DNA from: a virus
Lineage: Duplodnaviria; Heunggongvirae; Uroviricota; Caudoviricetes
Length of the DNA: 4,406 nt
Strand: one strand, 5' to 3'
IMG/VR virus record: IMGVR_UViG_2703718784_000009
Location: 1-4,406 of that record
The notes beneath the pieces are model-generated. The model was given only the letters and a program-made list of their open reading frames with translations. It searched no databases and was not told the origin of the DNA. A program made the position numbers and the translations under genes. Shown piece by piece: positions 1 through 3,318 of this stretch (position 1 is its first letter; each line of letters starts with the position of its first letter).

Positions 1-174
1 TGAGGATGAAATAATCCCGTTCAGCGGCGTCTGCCAGTCTGGGGCCGGTTGCATTATCCACGCCGGAGGTGGTGGGGGCTTCACGCACGGAGCCTGGACA
101 GGTGGCGTTGATCCGCAGGCGCTTACGACCAGCGGCAACGTCAGCGCGAAGAGTTTCATTTTCAGCTCTCGCAT
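1..174 (-). CDS. Rz1: Rz1 o-spanin (outer-membrane lipoprotein) embedded in the +1 frame of Rz; 3' end truncated by the window edge
   Basis: ATG at 174..172 (second in-frame ATG at 159..157), entirely inside Rz in a different frame. Translation [58 protein letters not shown]: signal peptide with lipobox (VSAC) followed by a proline-rich mature region, the hallmark of Rz1. Confidence 0.85.
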   Translation of the reverse strand, partial: MRELKMKLFALTLPLVVSACGSTPPVQAPCVKPPPPPAWIMQPAPDWQTPLNGIISSS

Positions 175-394
175 CAGCTAATTCCCTCGAGTATTTTGCA
201 TCGAGCGCAGCAACATCGCGCTGGCGCACCTGCATATCAGTAATGGTTGCGTTTGCCAGCTCCAGCTCTCTGGCTTTTTTATCTCGCTGCGCTTTGTAGG
301 TGATGGCGTTATCGCGGTAATGATTCAGCCCCAGACTAAGCGCACCACAGGCCACCAGCAGGACAATAATCACCACACACAGAACACGGTTCAT
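1..394 (-). CDS. Rz: Rz i-spanin (inner-membrane spanin subunit); 3' end truncated by the window edge
   Basis: ATG at 394..392 preceded by a GAGGGGG Shine-Dalgarno; frame open to position 1 (131 codons in window). Translation [99 protein letters not shown]...[13 protein letters not shown]: N-terminal TM helix then coiled-coil region, near-colinear with phage lambda Rz as I recall it. Not listed in the ORF track because no stop lies in the window. Confidence 0.9.
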   Translation of the reverse strand, partial: MNRVLCVVIIVLLVACGALSLGLNHYRDNAITYKAQRDKKARELELANATITDMQVRQRDVAALDAKYSRELADARAENETLRADVAAGRKRLRINATCPGSVREAPTTSGVDNATGPRLADAAERDYFIL

Positions 395-401
395 ATCCCC
401 C

Positions 402-533
402 TCACCCCAGCATCCCCGACGAAGACAACATCATCCAGCCCAGGGAAAGAAAAATAGCAACCAGCATTAGTGAAAATGAAATGCCGACGATTACACAGAG
501 GATCTTCGCCAGCGTTATGAGCTTGTCTGACAT
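402..533 (-). CDS. hypothetical 43-aa hydrophobic peptide ([43 protein letters not shown])
   Basis: ATG at 533..531 with AGAGGA Shine-Dalgarno 6 nt upstream; stop TGA at 404..402, 7 nt before the Rz start. Almost entirely hydrophobic (one TM helix). Below the 60-aa cutoff of the ORF track. Same frame as the upstream ORF 546..728, separated only by a TGA. Confidence 0.3.
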   Translation of the reverse strand: MSDKLITLAKILCVIVGISFSLMLVAIFLSLGWMMLSSSGMLG

Positions 534-545
534 GCTTAATCCTCT

Positions 546-728
546 TCACGATTTCAACGCAATGACCAGTTTTGCCAGTCCATACAGCATCGGAGACACA
601 GCAATACCGACCGCCACCCACTTAATAGCAAAAGCCAGCGCTCTGCTGATGTCATCAGTTACAGGCGCTTTCAGTTCAAGGCCGTTTTTCATAGTCAACC
701 TCAACAGAATTCGTTTATACTTTTCCAT
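546..728 (-). CDS. hypothetical 60-aa small membrane protein, C-terminal TM helix (MEKYKRILLRLTMKNGLELKAPVTDDISRALAFAIKWVAVGIAVSPMLYGLAKLVIALKS)
   Basis: First ATG at 728..726 preceded by AAGGGAGAAC (purine-rich SD). The ORF-track start at 761 is a GTG lying inside the terminator hairpin, so the ATG is preferred. Stop TGA 548..546. Basic N-terminus, hydrophobic C-terminal segment. Confidence 0.45.
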   Translation of the reverse strand: MEKYKRILLRLTMKNGLELKAPVTDDISRALAFAIKWVAVGIAVSPMLYGLAKLVIALKS

Positions 729-761
729 GTTCTCCCTTGCCTTATCCAAGGTCAGAAACAC

Positions 762-800
762 AAAACCCCGCTTGCAGCCAACAAACGGGGTTTTTACTTT
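762..800. terminator. intrinsic (Rho-independent) terminator hairpin, bidirectional, stronger in the plus direction
   Basis: AAAACCCCG (762..770) pairs with CGGGGTTTT (786..794); loop has further internal pairing; followed on the plus strand by TTTTTACTTTTATT. On the minus strand the same hairpin is followed by UUUUGUGUUU. Lies between the endolysin stop (885) and the small ORF start (728). Confidence 0.6.
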
Positions 801-884
801 TATTCACTTAGTTTTTGTCAGTTCGCAGGATTTCGTGTTATCCGTCCGTGTGAGCAAACCGCATTTTTCAGCAAAATATTCTGC

Positions 885-1418
885 TTATCTGTCAATTCCC
901 CAGCACGCCAGCGCACTCTCCTGGTCGCGACGGGATACCTGACCGTAACAGTTGTTTGAGCGAATACGGCAGTCTCTGCCACCGTCCTTAATCCACCAGC
1001 GAATCGCTTCGCATGCTCCCCTGCGATCACCTGCATTAATTCGTCTGTAAAACGTCGACGGGAAACACTTACCGGGACCAATGTTGTACGGACAGAATGA
1101 CGCGATCCCCGCTTTCTGGGGTTCGGTCAGCGGCACTCTGATGTTTTTCTCCACCCACGCCAGCGCCTTATCACGCTCAATGGCGTTAACCTGGTCGCAT
1201 TTTTCCTTCGACAACTTCATGCCCGGAACGACAGGTTTGCCATCCACCATGATGGCACCACGGCAGATGGTCCAGATACCTGCACCATCACGGTATGCCG
1301 TGGTGTGGTTACCTTCCTTTTCATCCAGAAACTGGTCGAGAATTTCAGGCGCAGAAGCCCCTGCGGCAATCAGCGCCAGAACGGCAGCCGACAGGCCGTA
1401 TTTGATTTTTGCGTTCAT
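885..1418 (-). CDS. R: endolysin, T4-lysozyme-like muramidase (GH24) with N-terminal signal-arrest-release (SAR) domain
   Basis: 177-aa ORF, ATG 1418..1416, stop TAA 887..885. N-terminal weakly hydrophobic Gly/Ala-rich segment (YGLSAAVLALIAAGASA) typical of SAR endolysins. Catalytic E-x8-D-x5-T spacing present (E..GNHTTAYR D GAGIW T), as in T4 lysozyme and phage 21 R. No strong SD upstream of the ATG. Confidence 0.92.
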   Translation of the reverse strand: MNAKIKYGLSAAVLALIAAGASAPEILDQFLDEKEGNHTTAYRDGAGIWTICRGAIMVDGKPVVPGMKLSKEKCDQVNAIERDKALAWVEKNIRVPLTEPQKAGIASFCPYNIGPGKCFPSTFYRRINAGDRRGACEAIRWWIKDGGRDCRIRSNNCYGQVSRRDQESALACWGIDR

Positions 1419-1529
1419 GGATATTTATCAGGATTTATCGGTTCCGAATCCCTGGATATGTTAAGCCTTCACCCCGCCAGTGGTGGGCACTGGCCAGGGT
1501 ATGTCAATCTGATAAACACAGAGGTGACT

Positions 1530-1790
1530 ATGGATTATCCAAATCTACCAAAACAAACTTTTGCTGATTTAATCGCACTCAGGCAAGCAGTCGTAGCTCT
1601 AATCAACGTGTTGCCGGATGAGGAAAAGGAATTAGTTAAAGCAATTCTTAACAGAACTGCCGCCGATTTTTCATCATTCCCACTGACAGATGACCTTGCG
1701 GACCTTCCTGAATTAATTGCAGCGTCCGCCATTAAGCTTACTGAAGAGATTTACTCTCCTCAAAAGCCTTCACAAAATTCCTGCGAGTAA
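1530..1790 (+). CDS. hypothetical 86-aa acidic protein, convergent to the late operon (MDYPNLPKQTFADLIALRQAVVALINVLPDEEKELVKAILNRTAADFSSFPLTDDLADLPELIAASAIKLTEEIYSPQKPSQNSCE)
   Basis: ATG 1530..1532 preceded by GAGGTG (1521..1526); stop TAA 1788..1790; a strong intrinsic terminator follows about 20 nt downstream (1809..1845). Helix-like amphipathic composition; AT-rich codons (about 42% GC by hand count). The longer track ORF 1305..1790 starts at a GTG with no SD. The 3' end overlaps gene 1738..2373 by 53 nt on the opposite strand. Confidence 0.55.
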   Translation: MDYPNLPKQTFADLIALRQAVVALINVLPDEEKELVKAILNRTAADFSSFPLTDDLADLPELIAASAIKLTEEIYSPQKPSQNSCE

Positions 1791-2373
1791 CTTCAATGCA
1801 ATAATCGTAAAACGCCGCGAACTGCTCATCGCGGCGTTTTTCTTCAGGCCGCTGAAGATGCTCTTTCAACCGTGAAGCGCAGCTTAGATGCGCCGCGCGA
1901 TCAAGAATAGTTTCTTTCATTTCATCTGCTGCAAGCACCTCATTTTTTGTTGGGGTGCTTTTTTTCAATTCAGCGATATAGCACTCCAGTTTTTCAATGC
2001 GTGATTCAATATCATCGTTTTCTGACCGCAATGCCGTCGGTGGCGTCTTCAGAGAACCAGTAATTATTCCCGGTAGTTTTCCTCTGTAGGTTATCAACAC
2101 ATCCTGCGCCTCTAAAATTATGGGGCGCTTTTCCGGCGACTGCTCATCCCCTTCACATAAAGCGGCAGCAATATCCATGAAAAACTGCTTCGCCTGTTTT
2201 TTCGCCTCAGCTTCGTAAAATTCCAGCGTGGCACCTTCAGTACGGTCAAGACTAATCGCCACATTTGGCAACAACAGTGACGGATACCCACCAATTTCCA
2301 GTGCCACAGTAACAGTAATCTTATCCGGGTAATTATTTATCCCTTTAACAACCAGTTCGTATTTTTTCTTCAT
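1738..2373 (-). CDS. hypothetical 211-aa soluble protein inserted between holin and endolysin; function unknown
   Basis: ATG 2373..2371 lies 4 nt after the holin stop (TAA 2380..2378) with GGGGAGAG SD inside the holin 3' end, i.e. tight translational coupling. Stop TAA 1740..1738. No TM segment; the C-terminal half looks helical/coiled-coil (DDIESRIEKLECYIAELKK...). I do not recognise the family. Confidence 0.8.
   Translation of the reverse strand: MKKKYELVVKGINNYPDKITVTVALEIGGYPSLLLPNVAISLDRTEGATLEFYEAEAKKQAKQFFMDIAAALCEGDEQSPEKRPIILEAQDVLITYRGKLPGIITGSLKTPPTALRSENDDIESRIEKLECYIAELKKSTPTKNEVLAADEMKETILDRAAHLSCASRLKEHLQRPEEKRRDEQFAAFYDYCIEVTRRNFVKAFEESKSLQ
1809..1845 (+). terminator. intrinsic terminator for the plus-strand ORF 1530..1790, embedded in the coding sequence of the minus-strand gene 1738..2373
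   Basis: AAAACGCCGCGA (1809..1820) pairs perfectly with TCGCGGCGTTTT (1829..1840), 8-nt loop, then TTTTTCTTC. Weaker in the minus direction (followed there by UUUUACG). Confidence 0.6.
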
Positions 2374-2377
2374 CGCT

Positions 2378-2593
2378 TTACTCTCCCCGCGCCGCCTTAC
2401 GCCGGTCCTCTCTGATTTTGAAATACAGGTTAGTCAGATATGTCAGCAGCCCAAACAGCAGACTCCCCAGCACGCCTATTGCCGCCCACTGAGACGGGGA
2501 AACCCTGTCCAGCAACTGCAGGAACCAGTAGCCCGTTCCCACCGCTGACGTGGTGTATGACACACCTGTTGTGATTTTTTCCATCTGGTACAT
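2378..2593 (-). CDS. S: class II holin (pinholin), phage 21 S-like, with dual-start motif
   Basis: 71-aa [74 protein letters not shown]: two TM segments plus charged C-terminal tail; closely resembles S21 / E. coli EssD as I recall them. Two in-frame ATGs (2593 and 2584). GGGAG SD upstream. Confidence 0.9.
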   Translation of the reverse strand: MYQMEKITTGVSYTTSAVGTGYWFLQLLDRVSPSQWAAIGVLGSLLFGLLTYLTNLYFKIREDRRKAARGE

Positions 2594-2668
2594 ACCCCGT
2601 CTCCCGTACTCGGAAGCTCACAACAACAAAAGGGCCACCAGCTCTTTACTGATGACCCTGACTCACCG

Positions 2669-2959
2669 TTACAGCATTGTGCCCGATTCTGGCTGTGTGT
2701 CTGTCATATCCGTCACCGGTGGCTCCGGCTGAATATCACCATTTTCCGTGGTGACATCTTCCGCCTGTGGTTCCGGAAGCAGTTCCGGGGATGGTTCCGG
2801 CTGTGCACCAAGCAATTCATCCAGAATGGCATCCACTTCTGCATCAAGACGCGCCTCAAGGTTCTGCCGAAGTTGCTGTTTCAGTGCGCTCCGGACTTCT
2901 TCAGAGCGCAGGACTTCCTTCACTGCCTCAGCAGTGACCAGCGATTTTATTTCTGACAT
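2669..2959 (-). CDS. hypothetical 96-aa acidic protein with helical N-terminal half and Pro/Glu-rich C-terminal tail
   Basis: First ATG at 2959..2957 (the track ORF extends to a GTG at 3133 but overlaps the neighbouring ORF). Stop TAA 2671..2669. Protein-like sequence MSEIKSLVTAEAVKEVLRSEEVRSALKQQLRQNLEARLDAEVDAILDELLGAQPEPSPELLPEPQ..., whereas the opposite-strand ORF 2748..2975 is serine-rich low complexity. Weak SD (GAGAAAA). Confidence 0.55.
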   Translation of the reverse strand: MSEIKSLVTAEAVKEVLRSEEVRSALKQQLRQNLEARLDAEVDAILDELLGAQPEPSPELLPEPQAEDVTTENGDIQPEPPVTDMTDTQPESGTML

Positions 2960-2996
2960 AGGATTTTCTCGTTGAAAGGTGTTGTCAAGAAAGTGA

Positions 2997-3179
2997 CTAC
3001 GGAATGAGCGGATCTTCGGGTTTGCTTCCGGCTGACTGACTGGCGCTGATTTTCTCTGCGGCCCTTTTATCAATCTGCCTGCGCCAGAAATCGCGCACTG
3101 CCCTGTACCCACCCGAAAGAAGATACATAACACAGACTGCCGTACAGAAGTACAGCATCACCTGATGAACAAATGTCAT
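2997..3179 (-). CDS. hypothetical 60-aa small membrane protein, N-terminal TM helix and basic tail (MTFVHQVMLYFCTAVCVMYLLSGGYRAVRDFWRRQIDKRAAEKISASQSAGSKPEDPLIP)
   Basis: ATG 3179..3177, stop TAG 2999..2997. No SD of its own, but its ATG overlaps the TGA stop of an upstream 14-codon leader ORF (ATGA overlap), which follows another 14-codon ORF that has a perfect GGAGGT SD (see findings). N-terminal hydrophobic helix with positive residues after it. Confidence 0.45.
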   Translation of the reverse strand: MTFVHQVMLYFCTAVCVMYLLSGGYRAVRDFWRRQIDKRAAEKISASQSAGSKPEDPLIP

Positions 3180-3276
3180 AGTTTCTTACCGTTATGGTTG
3201 ACAATGAGAACTGTTTTCATTTAAAAAACCGATATACGAAAGCATCTTTTCTTTACATTCTCCATTGGGATTACCT

Positions 3277-3313
3277 CCGCCAGCTTCCGTTCCTGCCGCT
3301 GGCGGCTTTTTTT
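3277..3313 (+). terminator. intrinsic terminator oriented for plus-strand transcription (antisense to the late operon)
   Basis: CCGCCAGC (3277..3284) pairs with GCTGGCGG (3298..3305), 13-nt loop, followed by C plus TTTTTTT (3307..3313). No U-tract in the minus direction, so it is unidirectional. Confidence 0.55.
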
Positions 3314-3318
3314 GCCGG

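Noticed and set aside
69-299. Plus-strand 76-aa ORF
   Set aside because: Antisense shadow of Rz/Rz1; Ala/Ser/Arg-rich low-complexity translation, no SD.
391-621. Minus-strand 76-aa ORF
   Set aside because: Alternative frame across the Rz start and the small hydrophobic ORFs; Cys/Gly-rich improbable sequence and no SD. The SD-supported ORFs 402..533 and 546..728 are preferred.
481-942. Plus-strand 153-aa ORF
   Set aside because: Reads straight through the terminator hairpin at 762..800 and into the antisense of the endolysin 3' end; no SD; shadow of the minus-strand small ORFs.
818-1081. Minus-strand 87-aa ORF
   Set aside because: Out-of-frame overlap with the well-supported endolysin ORF; Arg-rich shadow frame.
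1439-1452. tRNA-like T-loop motif (GGTTCCGAATCC)
   Set aside because: Resembles the GGTTCGAATCC T-arm consensus, but it has an extra base and no acceptor, D or anticodon arms can be built around it. Chance resemblance inside the endolysin leader.
1081-1464. Plus-strand 127-aa ORF
   Set aside because: Antisense to the endolysin coding sequence; no SD.
1305-1529. N-terminal extension of the plus-strand ORF (track ORF 1305..1790)
   Set aside because: The extension starts at a GTG inside the antisense of the endolysin and has no SD. The ATG at 1530 has a GAGGTG SD, so only 1530..1790 is called.
1535-1732. Minus-strand 65-aa ORF starting 5 nt after the 211-aa gene
   Set aside because: Co-directional with the operon and a possible coupled start, but no SD, and the translation is Ser/Ala/Arg-rich and shadow-like. 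The opposite-strand 86-aa ORF has an SD, a downstream terminator and a more protein-like sequence. Not fully excluded; Ribo-seq would decide.
2430-2621. Minus-strand 63-aa ORF
   Set aside because: Out-of-frame overlap with the holin gene.
2550-2732. Plus-strand 60-aa ORF
   Set aside because: Antisense across the holin start and intergenic region; no SD.
2748-2975. Plus-strand 75-aa ORF
   Set aside because: Extremely Ser-rich low-complexity translation; antisense shadow of the acidic 96-aa ORF.
2960-3133. N-terminal extension of the acidic ORF (track ORF 2669..3133)
   Set aside because: Starts at a GTG and overlaps the 60-aa membrane ORF in another frame; the first ATG at 2959 is used instead.
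2594-3318. Late promoter pR' / tR' terminator / 6S RNA upstream of the holin
   Set aside because: The only strong terminator in this interval (3277..3313) is oriented for the plus strand, opposite to late transcription, so it cannot be tR'. pR'/qut presumably lie further right, beyond the large ORF, outside the window.
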